Below, piece after piece: positions 15,898-23,811 of a DNA stretch of 62,120 nucleotides. The stretch is from a virus: positions 1 through 62,120 of the IMG/VR virus record IMGVR_UViG_3300021387_000156, one strand, 5' to 3'. Below the pieces are notes generated by a model. The model had not been told where the DNA came from. It worked only from the letters and a program-made list of their open reading frames with translations, and did not search any database. A program made the translations under genes and the position numbers. The stretch's first letter is position 1. Each line of letters opens with the position of its first letter.

Positions 15898-15968
15898 TCC
15901 GCCGGTTGGATTTGCACCAACGGCCTCCGTGGAGCATCACGGCGCTCTCCTGTCTGAGCTACGGCGGA
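15898..15968 (-). tRNA. tRNA-like element with a 6-nt anticodon loop and atypical T loop
   Basis: By-eye fold: TCCGCCG/CGGCGGA acceptor, D arm GCTC-AGACAGGA-GAGC, stem CCGTG/CACGG with loop ATGCTC, T arm GTTGG-TGCAAAT-CCAAC; followed by CCA. Confidence 0.4.
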
Positions 15969-16001
15969 AATTGTGGTTTTGGCTGCTTCTGACTTTCCGT
16001 T

Positions 16002-16571
16002 TCACTCCTCGCCAGTGCGAGGCTTAAACATAAGGTCAGCCCATTCCTCGATGAATTGCATACCTGCGTAGGATGCGAGTTCACGAGTTCTGAAGGCAAG
16101 CCGAGAGCCGACGCTGGTGTGCGAGCTCGAAGCATCGTGATGCGCGTAGCAGTACACGAAGCCGTGGCTCGAGCTCGTGTAGCTGCCGGAGCGAAGAACA
16201 CAACGCCCTTTTTCCTCATCGTCTAACTCGTCGTACTGTTCCTTGGTGTAGAGATAGAACCAAGGATGGTAACGGCGTTCGCCTTTCTCGAACTTAGGTT
16301 CCCAGCCCTCATTGAGGGCAGCAACGATGATACGGAGTTTGAGGTAGGCATAGAGGTCGTCTAAAATAATATTGCCATCTGCTACTTTCAAGTATTCTTT
16401 TACAAGCGGATGCTCATCACCAAGTGCATTGCAAGCATCCGTAAACGTCTTGATACGTTCGGTTACTGGACGGTTATCTACTTTCTGCTCGTCAACGAGT
16501 GTAAGAACACCGTTAATCCACTCGGCACGTTTGCCGTCGGGAACAGAGATAGCTTGGAGAATTTTACTCAT
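16002..16571 (-). CDS. hypothetical protein (189 aa)
   Basis: Track ORF with an ATG start. Confidence 0.6.
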   Translation of the reverse strand: MSKILQAISVPDGKRAEWINGVLTLVDEQKVDNRPVTERIKTFTDACNALGDEHPLVKEYLKVADGNIILDDLYAYLKLRIIVAALNEGWEPKFEKGERRYHPWFYLYTKEQYDELDDEEKGRCVLRSGSYTSSSHGFVYCYAHHDASSSHTSVGSRLAFRTRELASYAGMQFIEEWADLMFKPRTGEE

Positions 16572-16607
16572 GATTACTGTGCTTTAGAGGATTGTGGTGG
16601 ACTGATG

Positions 16608-16934
16608 TTATAAATTCTCAACCATTGCGTCTAAGAGTTCTTTGGCGGAAATGTAACTGTTGATGGGAATGGAGCGGACGATTTTCTTCAAGGCGGTTAC
16701 CTTATCTTCCTCTTGTCTCCAGTAGTTGCGGAGTCGGGCGGCTCGCCCTATCTTCTCTTCCAACTCCTTCTCGAGAGTAGAAACCTTTTCCCTCAGCGAA
16801 TCACGCTCAGCGATTAGGTTGAGGTTGCTCTCTTGCAGGTCGTTCAACTCCTTTGCGGAGATTTCGACCATGTTCTCGTTCTCGGTGGCGGTCTTGTCGA
16901 TGACTTTTGCCTCGTTGTTGTTTTCGTTAGCCAT
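16608..16934 (-). CDS. coiled-coil hypothetical protein (108 aa), first gene leftward of the switch region
   Basis: Track ORF; divergent from the repressor gene. Confidence 0.6.
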   Translation of the reverse strand: MANENNNEAKVIDKTATENENMVEISAKELNDLQESNLNLIAERDSLREKVSTLEKELEEKIGRAARLRNYWRQEEDKVTALKKIVRSIPINSYISAKELLDAMVENL

Positions 16935-17131
16935 AGTTGTAAATCTTTTTAAGTTTTTGATTGAAAATAGTTTGCGGTATCAAAATTTTGTTGTAATTTT
17001 GCGTTGTGATAGATAGATAGTGCAAAGATATATCCATTTGGCTAAATTGCAAAACCAAATGGCTATTTTTGGCCGATATTTATGATTTATTAACATTTCA
17101 CCTGCTTTTAGGTGGCTAAAAAGTTTGCGGT
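16935..17131. promoter_or_regulatory. Divergent switch region between the leftward early operon and the repressor
   Basis: Minus-strand TATCTTTG box (complement of 17014-17021); duplicated AGTTTGCGGTAT at 16967-16978 and 17120-17131; inverted repeat CCATTTGG(13 nt)CCAAATGG at 17034-17062. Confidence 0.5.
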
Positions 17132-17452
17132 ATGATTGAACAAAGATTAAAAGCGGTCATCGCTTATAGTGGATTGAACGACTCGTCGTTCGCCAAGAAA
17201 ATTGGTGTGCAGCAGATGACGCTTTGGCGTCAAATCAACGGCGCACGCAAAATTAGCCTCGAAACAATTATGGCTGTGGCAAACGCCTTCCCCGAAATTG
17301 ATGCCAATTGGCTATTGCGTGGGATCGGCAGTATGTTAGCCGACAACGATGCACAGGAGAAACGTCTTGACAATCTCATTGACGTTATATCAATGCAGCA
17401 GGAAACCATCAAGAACCTCCAAGAGAAAATCAAATCACTTCAAAACTCATAA
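17132..17452 (+). CDS. CI-like HTH repressor with a C-terminal coiled coil
   Basis: SSFAKKIGVQQMTLWRQINGARKISLETIMAVANAFPEIDANWLLRG matches the phage CI-repressor-type HTH; on the plus strand with the integrase. Confidence 0.65.
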   Translation: MIEQRLKAVIAYSGLNDSSFAKKIGVQQMTLWRQINGARKISLETIMAVANAFPEIDANWLLRGIGSMLADNDAQEKRLDNLIDVISMQQETIKNLQEKIKSLQNS

Positions 17453-17455
17453 ATC

Positions 17456-18022
17456 ATGAAAGTATTAGCATTTATCATGGTGCTGCTGCCCATGCTGGCG
17501 GCAGCTCAAACATTCACTTTGACGCCACAAGGGTTCGTCAACGCTGATGAACAGACAAAGACTTATGTGGTGGTGGAAATGCCAGGAACGCAGGCAGAGC
17601 TCTACGCAAAGGCTAAGACAGCTGTCACATCCATGTGGAACTCACCAAAGGATGCAATGTCCTACAATGAGCCCGACATCATCGTAGTTAATGGATACTC
17701 AAAAAATGCGGCGCACTTCAAAAAATGGGGACGTGACAACATCTTCGGAATGGTATATAGACTGCAAATTCAGTTCAAGGACGGTCGCATAAGAATTGAC
17801 GCACCGGTAATAGGAAGTCTTGACTACGCAGGCGGACCAGGCACCATGCTCATTGAAGCCGGTGACAACTCCACTTCTCAACACATCACAAGAGCATTTG
17901 AGAAAAATGGTAAGGTGCGGTTCCCTGACTTCAACAAGAACGTGGAAGACTATTTTAACGGGCTCGTGGCCACACTCATCGACAAGATGAAGAACGGTGT
18001 TTCCAACGACGAGGACTGGTAA
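17456..18022 (+). CDS. secreted DUF4468-like protein (signal peptide)
   Basis: MKVLAFIMVLLPMLAAAQ signal peptide; co-oriented with the repressor (lysogeny-expressed candidate). Confidence 0.5.
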   Translation: MKVLAFIMVLLPMLAAAQTFTLTPQGFVNADEQTKTYVVVEMPGTQAELYAKAKTAVTSMWNSPKDAMSYNEPDIIVVNGYSKNAAHFKKWGRDNIFGMVYRLQIQFKDGRIRIDAPVIGSLDYAGGPGTMLIEAGDNSTSQHITRAFEKNGKVRFPDFNKNVEDYFNGLVATLIDKMKNGVSNDEDW

Positions 18023-18324
18023 AACCATCAAAAAATTGCCGAATTATTGTCGGGGAAGTTTTCGCAATCATCTCGCCCCGGCAATATTCGGCACGCTACC
18101 AGCAAGTTACACGGCTACCCCTTGCACATTACGCAAAATTGCACTAAGTAGAGTGATAAATATCGACTTATTTGCCTAAATACTTGTAAGTAGCGAACTT
18201 TTAGCGACTTAATCAGTAGATTAAATGGGAAACAACTCCAAATTTGGGGCTGAACTGATTGCCCAAAAATTGCCGATTTGGCGTTTTTGTTTCCCGATAA
18301 TTGTCGTAAAATTGTCGTAAAATT

Positions 18325-19512
18325 ATGGCTACACTTTCATTGACAGTAGTGCCCGGCAAGGCACTCAAGGACGGAAGACACAAAGTCCGTATCGCGGTGG
18401 CTCACCGCTCACAGACCCGCTACATCCTCACCGATGTCATCATCAACTCCACCAAAGAGTGGAAAAACGGCAAGATCGTCAAGCGTGACGATGCCACTTA
18501 CCTCAACACGAAGCTGCTCCAGCGTATGCAGGAGGTACAGCGCATCATCGACGAGACTCCATACACTGAGGGAATGACCTGCGCCGAGCTGGTTGCCACA
18601 ATCCTGCACACGCGGGCCAAGAAGACGCACACGCTGCGGTCGGCTTTCGAGGAGATGCTGGAGGTGTCAACAGCAAAGGACACCACCAAAGAACGCTACC
18701 GCACGCAGTTCAAGTCCATCACGTCGGTTATCCCCGAAACAACGTTCATGTCACATCTCACTCCACTCATGGTCCAACGCTTCATGAAGAAACGTGGAGC
18801 CGAGATTGCACCCATCACTCTGCAGACGCAGGTGACACTGTTCTCTCAGATCGTCAAGTTCTGCCAAATGAACGGTTACACCGATTTCCGCATACCGCCA
18901 ACACAGGGCTGCTACCAGCGAGTAGTTGCCGTGAGGCAGAACTGGCTTACTCCCGACCAGGTGAGGTTCATTCGCGACAACAAGACGAACCGCAGAGGCT
19001 ATAACAAGTTCCGTGACCTGTTCATGCTGTCCTACTACCTCGGCGGCATCAACCTCATAGACCTTGCTCACATCAACTTCAACGTGTGTGCAGATACGCT
19101 GCACTACGTCCGCACGAAGACAGAACGAAAGACAAAGGTCAATCCTTATGTAGAGTTTGAGATACCATCAGAGGCGAAGCCCATTATCGACAAGTACAAG
19201 GGGGAGGACGGCAAGTTGAAGATGTATAAGGCGGCAGACATACACCAGTGCCACTCAATGGTCCGCACGGTGCGTTCCTATCGTGATGACTATGGACTGC
19301 CGGGGCTTACGTTCTACTCGGCTCGCAAGTCTTTTGCACAGCACGCCTTTGCCCTGGGCGAGAGTGAGAGTGTGATTGACTATGTTCTTGGTCACTCACT
19401 GGGCGGTGGACACAACAAGATGCTGTTTGCCTACATCAAGGTCACGCCTGAAATGGCTACCGCATGCGTGAGAAAAGTGTGCGACTTTATCGCTTCAACG
19501 AGAAATTTTTAG
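18325..19512 (+). CDS. int: tyrosine integrase (Bacteroidota phage/CTn type)
   Basis: N-terminal arm-binding-like region; catalytic region RKSFAQHAF (HxxR-like), VLGHS and FAYIKV (Tyr). Confidence 0.75.
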   Translation: MATLSLTVVPGKALKDGRHKVRIAVAHRSQTRYILTDVIINSTKEWKNGKIVKRDDATYLNTKLLQRMQEVQRIIDETPYTEGMTCAELVATILHTRAKKTHTLRSAFEEMLEVSTAKDTTKERYRTQFKSITSVIPETTFMSHLTPLMVQRFMKKRGAEIAPITLQTQVTLFSQIVKFCQMNGYTDFRIPPTQGCYQRVVAVRQNWLTPDQVRFIRDNKTNRRGYNKFRDLFMLSYYLGGINLIDLAHINFNVCADTLHYVRTKTERKTKVNPYVEFEIPSEAKPIIDKYKGEDGKLKMYKAADIHQCHSMVRTVRSYRDDYGLPGLTFYSARKSFAQHAFALGESESVIDYVLGHSLGGGHNKMLFAYIKVTPEMATACVRKVCDFIASTRNF

Positions 19513-19547
19513 TACCTTTGCAGCGCATTTGGTTCATCTGCAAAGGT

Positions 19548-19566
19548 GAATTAAAATGTTTGACTT
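19548..19566 (-). promoter_or_regulatory. Leader-motif copy pointing antisense into the integrase 3' end
   Basis: Minus strand reads AAGTCAAACATTTTAATTC, followed only by a 16-codon ORF (ATG 19537) overlapping the int stop; flanked by a 9-bp hairpin CCTTTGCAG/CTGCAAAGG (19515-19546). Confidence 0.45.
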
Positions 19567-19568
19567 GT

Positions 19569-19608
19569 GTGACACCTGGCCGTGATGGTTCGGTGTCACT
19601 ATTTTTTA
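19569..19608 (+). terminator. Rho-independent terminator downstream of int
   Basis: GTGACACC-loop-GGTGTCAC followed by TATTTTTT. Confidence 0.65.
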
Positions 19609-19733
19609 ACAAGTTGCCGGCTATATGTTACCTTTTTACGAAAAAAGTAACACAAGGGCGAACCTTATGTTACTTTCTCGGTAATATTAGGTGTAACGCA
19701 AGAATACCTAAGTGCTGTTGAAAATGCGTTGCG

Positions 19734-19765
19734 CCCCTGCTTTTGCCCGGCAGGGGCTTTTTGTG
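19734..19765. terminator. Hairpin terminator between the convergent int and lysis transcription units
   Basis: CCCCTGC-ttttgcccg-GCAGGGG followed by CTTTTTGTG on the plus strand. Confidence 0.5.
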
Positions 19766-19850
19766 TGAAACTACCCCGACTTTCGCAAGCCAGGGCAGAG
19801 CGTTAACCTAAAAATTCATCTTATGAAAAAGATCTACACAGTGCTCATGA

Positions 19851-20405
19851 TTATATAAATCGCCTCACAAGGGCAAACAATGGTTTCCGGAATACTACTC
19901 CAACCCCAACGACAGACGCGCCCAGGAGCCACCAAAATGCGTCCAGACGGAATTTTTCCCATGGGGTGAGTTGCTTCTCAACAGGAACAGGCACTTTGAC
20001 CTCCCTGTTGCGGTAGATGACCTGTGTTTTGGTCTCCACTGGCTTCTCGAACGGTACCGGCACACTCTGCGGCTTGCTCTCCAGCTTGTGCGACAACGTG
20101 CCGTCTTTTTTGATGGCGACATGGCTGATTGCCCAGTCGTTCTCCAGCACGCTTGCACTGTCTTTCGTCACGATCTGCGCCGTCTGCACCGGCACATCGA
20201 AGTACAACGTGTCATGGACGAAGTGAATGCTGTCGTGAGTCTCGATGAGGGTGACTTCACGGACAATCTCTTTCGGTGACTTGCACCCCACCAGCAACAG
20301 GAATGCGCCGAGGAAGAGTGCAATAACGAGGGTAAAACAACCTCCGGCGAGGATGGCCTTCGCCTCTGCCCTCTCATCTGGCGTTAACTCTCTGCGCTCT
20401 TTCAT
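19851..20405 (-). CDS. unimolecular spanin (u-spanin) candidate
   Basis: Lipobox-like LLLVGC after an N-terminal helix, plus a C-terminal TM (WWLLGASVVGVGVVF); ATGA overlap with the endolysin stop. Confidence 0.5.
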   Translation of the reverse strand: MKERRELTPDERAEAKAILAGGCFTLVIALFLGAFLLLVGCKSPKEIVREVTLIETHDSIHFVHDTLYFDVPVQTAQIVTKDSASVLENDWAISHVAIKKDGTLSHKLESKPQSVPVPFEKPVETKTQVIYRNREVKVPVPVEKQLTPWEKFRLDAFWWLLGASVVGVGVVFRKPLFALVRRFI

Positions 20406-21187
20406 GACAGTCGCTTTTTGAAATCCTCCCACTTGTCGCTATTGTTGCGCTGGCTGGTTCTGCGCCCGTCGGTTGTGTAGATGAAGCCAGTGTTCCAGCC
20501 GATGATGCCGGGGCAGAGTTTGCCGGTTATGTTGAAGTGGCGCACCACTCGCTCAATGGGAATGTTGTACTTCCTCATCAGTATCTTTGCGAGGCGTGCG
20601 GCGTTGGCAAGCGCAGCCTCGGTGAATTCCCACCCCTCATGGTTGGGCACGGCTGCCGTGCCTTTCCTCAACGTGGAGCAAATCTCGATGGAGATTGTGT
20701 TGCGGTTGGTGGCGTCGGCGATGCAGGTAGCCCCTTTCTTGTCGCCTACCGCCCAGCAGTAGTAATTGTCCAAATCGGGATTGAACTGCACCATTTCGGC
20801 ATCGTCCACGGCGAAATCGGCACTCGCCTTGCGGTTCTCGAAGACGTGCTTGACGGCTCTCGCCCTGCCCGGTGCCGACGAGCTACCGGCGGTGTAGTGA
20901 ATGGCGAGGTACTTGATGGAGCGATCCGACAACTTACTCACATGGACGCTCAACGGCAGGTACACCACGCTCGGGTCAACGCATTTGGAATTTGCGGTTT
21001 TTGCAATTTCCAGCGCGTTCCACGTCTTGGCTCCCACGATGCCGTCGGCGACCAAACCTTTTCCTTTTTGGAAAGACCTCACCGCCGCCTCGGTCTTCGG
21101 GCCGAACACGCCATCGGCGGTAATGCCTAACGCTTTCTGCAAGGCAACGACATCGTCGCCCTTACTGCCTAACTTAACGGTCTTCAT
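20402..21187 (-). CDS. endolysin: PG_binding_1 domain plus N-acetylmuramoyl-L-alanine amidase (Amidase_2)
   Basis: GSKGDDVVALQKALGITADGVFGPKTEAAVRSFQ (PG-binding repeat); YLAIHYTAG ... VVRHFNITGKLCPG (amidase_2). Confidence 0.8.
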   Translation of the reverse strand: MKTVKLGSKGDDVVALQKALGITADGVFGPKTEAAVRSFQKGKGLVADGIVGAKTWNALEIAKTANSKCVDPSVVYLPLSVHVSKLSDRSIKYLAIHYTAGSSSAPGRARAVKHVFENRKASADFAVDDAEMVQFNPDLDNYYCWAVGDKKGATCIADATNRNTISIEICSTLRKGTAAVPNHEGWEFTEAALANAARLAKILMRKYNIPIERVVRHFNITGKLCPGIIGWNTGFIYTTDGRRTSQRNNSDKWEDFKKRLS

Positions 21188-21683
21188 TGTTCTCGTCTTT
21201 TAACTCGGTTAAATCAATATCGAAATGCCGGGCGGTCTTGTCAACCATGATTTTCTGCAACCACCGCCAAAACTTGCTGTCGGCTTCGTCTCGGCAACTG
21301 CTCTCGTTCTCCATGATTGACCATGCCTGCTCGAAGCATATCACACCTGTCACGATATACGATAAGGGTATCTCCACATGGATGAACACCCAATGCTCGA
21401 CAAGATAAGCCAGCAAGATGAGCATCAAGCGCTTCGGGATTGTCGTTGTGATGACTTTCCCGAATGCAAAGGATGTGAACTTGGCTTTCTCACGCGTTGT
21501 CTTCTCGGGGTACTTCTTTTTGACTCGCTTGTCAAGGCAATAGGCCGTGTAAGCGTCGTACACAATGAAGATGATCGCCACAATGATGAGAGGGAACGTC
21601 GGGTGGAACTCGCCCACAAGCCAGCCGAGCCAGCCGCCGATGGCGACGAATGCGGCCTTCCAAAAATTAACAAAGTCTGTCAT
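21174..21683 (-). CDS. holin (Phage_holin_4_1-like, multi-TM)
   Basis: Four hydrophobic segments and an AWSIMENES motif resembling the SILEN signature; immediately upstream of the endolysin. Confidence 0.65.
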   Translation of the reverse strand: MTDFVNFWKAAFVAIGGWLGWLVGEFHPTFPLIIVAIIFIVYDAYTAYCLDKRVKKKYPEKTTREKAKFTSFAFGKVITTTIPKRLMLILLAYLVEHWVFIHVEIPLSYIVTGVICFEQAWSIMENESSCRDEADSKFWRWLQKIMVDKTARHFDIDLTELKDENNEDR

Positions 21684-21722
21684 AGTCGTATAGTGTTAGT
21701 TGTTGTGTCGTTATTATTCCAA

Positions 21723-21730
21723 CAAAAGTA
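21723..21730 (-). promoter_or_regulatory. -7 box TACTTTTG upstream of the lysis cassette
   Basis: TAnnTTTG match on the minus strand, ~40 nt upstream of holin ATG 21683. Confidence 0.45.
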
Positions 21731-21847
21731 ATAACTATAATGGACAACTTTGGAGATGCCTGAATTCTTGAACAGGCTTTTTCGACGCAAAAACAACGAA
21801 AAGGGCTGAAATTGCGCTAATTGTGATTTTTATCAATCCACTTCTCG

Positions 21848-21855
21848 TATCTTTG
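21848..21855 (+). promoter_or_regulatory. -7 box TATCTTTG upstream of the shufflon recombinase
   Basis: TAnnTTTG match 10 nt upstream of ATG 21866 (very short or absent leader). Confidence 0.5.
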
Positions 21856-21865
21856 CGCCAAAAAA

Positions 21866-22855
21866 ATGGAACTCAACGAACTATTGAACGAGATTACGAA
21901 GAATCTGCAAGGTCATGTTGCAGTAGTGCAGATATTTGTGGACGGTGAGGTGCATGTGCGCCGTGTCGGTGATGCTAATAGGCTCATCGACAACCCGAGC
22001 CTCATACCACCGTCCTCTACCCTCTCATTTCTTGAATGGATGGCGAAACAGATTGACGAGGCGAACGTTACCAACGGAACAAAGTCTAATCATCGCAACT
22101 GCCTCAAGCACCTCGCTGCATTCCGTGAGGACATCACCTTTGCAGACCTTGATTATCGGCTCGTGTGCGCCTTCGACCGCTATCTGCGAGCGCTTAAACT
22201 TTCGGTCAACACCATTGCCAAACTCATGAAGGTGTGGCACCGGTACATCAACATCGCAATCAGCGAGGATTTGCTTATTGCAGACCCTTTTCGCAAGTAC
22301 ACGATCCATCGTGAGCAGACACACAAGAATACACTCAGCGAACGAGAACTCATGCGAGTGGAGAAGAATGTGGAAGCATTGCCCGTCAACGAGCGCAATG
22401 TGGTGCGAGCCTTCCTGTTCTCGTGCTATACTGGTTTGCGTTACTCCGACCTATGCCGAGTGAAAGGAAGCGATGTGAAATCGCTTGGAAAGCAGAAATG
22501 GCTCATCCTAAAGACGCAGAAGACCGGTGCCGAGGTTCATGTTCCTCTCTCGGTCTCCTTCGGTGGCAAAGGTGTAAGCATGGTCGAGAACCAGGGAGCG
22601 TTGTTTCATCTGCCGAATAATGCAAGGTGCAATGTGCTGCTCAAGCGAGCAATGAAACGGCTGCATGTGCGAAAACGGCTGTCGATGCACTGCGGTCGTG
22701 TCACTTGTGCAACCATCTGCCTATTGCGAGGTGTGCCGTTGTCCACCATTCAGCATGTGCTGGGGCACAAGTCTATCAATACGACTGCTTCGGTCTATGC
22801 TCAGGTCCTCGACAACACCATATCAAGGACGATGCGCCGTGCATGGAGGGCGTAA
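21866..22855 (+). CDS. tyrosine recombinase adjacent to the invertible tail-fibre cassettes (Rci-like role inferred)
   Basis: SAM-like N-domain (CLKHLAAFREDITFADLD); catalytic TGLRYSDL (Arg), HCGRVT (HxxR), VLGHKS and SVYAQV (Tyr). The stop codon at 22853-22855 abuts recombination site A. Confidence 0.8.
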   Translation: MELNELLNEITKNLQGHVAVVQIFVDGEVHVRRVGDANRLIDNPSLIPPSSTLSFLEWMAKQIDEANVTNGTKSNHRNCLKHLAAFREDITFADLDYRLVCAFDRYLRALKLSVNTIAKLMKVWHRYINIAISEDLLIADPFRKYTIHREQTHKNTLSERELMRVEKNVEALPVNERNVVRAFLFSCYTGLRYSDLCRVKGSDVKSLGKQKWLILKTQKTGAEVHVPLSVSFGGKGVSMVENQGALFHLPNNARCNVLLKRAMKRLHVRKRLSMHCGRVTCATICLLRGVPLSTIQHVLGHKSINTTASVYAQVLDNTISRTMRRAWRA

Positions 22856-22871
22856 TTCCCTCGGAACTAAG
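22856..22871 (+). repeat. Recombination site A (TTCCCTCGGAACTAAG)
   Basis: One of four copies of the core CCCTCGG(A/G)ACT, in the same codon register (S-L-G-T). Confidence 0.7.
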
Positions 22872-23282
22872 TTTAGGTACAATCGGGTCATAACAAAGGT
22901 AAAGGAATTGCATTACTTTACCGGATTGACATCTATAGCAGATTCTGCGTTCAGAGAGTGCTCAAACCTGTCTGAAGTAGATATCCCAGACTTTATAAAG
23001 TCCATTGAACGAATGGCATTCCAATCGAATAACTTGGCTAACGTGGTGCTTCCTGCATCAGTGGCATCTCTCGGTGACTCAAGTTTTAGGAGAAATGACA
23101 ATACCAGGGTAATCATGCAGACATGCACGTTGCTGAGGAACTCTGTAGTTACTATATTCGGAAATACATTTTCAGGTCAAACAACCACGCAATTTTACGT
23201 CCCGTCAGAATTGGTGGATTCTTACAAGGCAGCCACCAACTGGAGTAGTCTTGCCAGCAGAATACATGCCATTGAGGACTAG
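22857..23282 (+). other. Silent tail-fibre C-terminal cassette 1 (141 codons; no start codon or promoter of its own)
   Basis: SLGTKFRYNRVITKVKELHYFTGLTSIADSAFREC...FYVPSELVDSYKAATNWSSLASRIHAIED is homologous to the expressed fibre tip; BspA-type LRR units. Confidence 0.7.
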
Positions 23283-23794
23283 TCCGGGAGCTCGCTGATC
23301 GGGAAAATGTTGTTCACGGCAGTCGACCATCGGCTATCGGCTTTGTATGCGTCAACGAGGTCATCGGGCACATAGAAATAGTTGTTACCACCAGCGCTAT
23401 TGCCACTTCCGAAAGGCTGAACCTCAGGATAATCCAACACCCATGCAGGCTTGTTACTAGCCTTGAATGAACCGCAATTGGATGTTCCTGGTGCAAAAGT
23501 TATCATTTTGTGACGGATAATCCACCGACCTATGTAGCCTCCGGTCATAATACCGAAACTATATATTTTTGTGCAACTTGTCGGAACGACAATCGAATCC
23601 ATGTTTGGTTTGCAGCCGGTAAGGCCTCCATAATCTAGATTCTTCAGATTACCTGGGAACTGGAATTTCTTGATCGTGCTACCATTAAAGACTCCCTTGC
23701 CGTTCGATTGCTGTATAATGCTTGTGATGCCAGTGAATTTCTCCAGTTCATTAAATGCCGTAATCTGCGCACCTTGGAATGCAGTTCCGAGGGA
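23279..23794 (-). other. Silent tail-fibre C-terminal cassette 2 (171 codons)
   Basis: Manual translation from site B gives SLGTAFQGAQITAFNELEKFTGITS...FYVPDDLVDAYKADSRWSTAVNNIFPISELPD; TAG stop immediately 5' of the site; CTAG stop overlap with cassette 1. Confidence 0.7.
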
Positions 23795-23795
23795 A
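23781..23795 (-). repeat. Recombination site B (minus strand TTCCCTCGGAACTGC)
   Basis: Core repeat, back-to-back with site C. Confidence 0.7.
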
Positions 23796-23811
23796 TCCCC
23801 TCGGGACTAAT
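23796..23811 (+). repeat. Recombination site C (TCCCCTCGGGACTAAT)
   Basis: Core repeat in register P-L-G-T. Confidence 0.65.

Noticed and set aside
15643-15957. 104-codon plus-strand ORF, plus minus-strand ORFs 15123..15464 and 15959..16219, in the tRNA region
   Set aside because: They overlap tRNA or tRNA-like elements, have Arg/Ser/Leu/Cys-rich shadow-like composition and mostly non-ATG starts. The region is better explained as non-coding structured sequence.
22665-22856. N-terminal 64 codons of track ORF 22665..23282, which would make cassette 1 an independent gene
   Set aside because: This part is just an alternative frame of the recombinase 3' end (Cys/Arg-rich junk). Homology to the fibre tip begins exactly at the recombination core, so the real unit is a start-less cassette.
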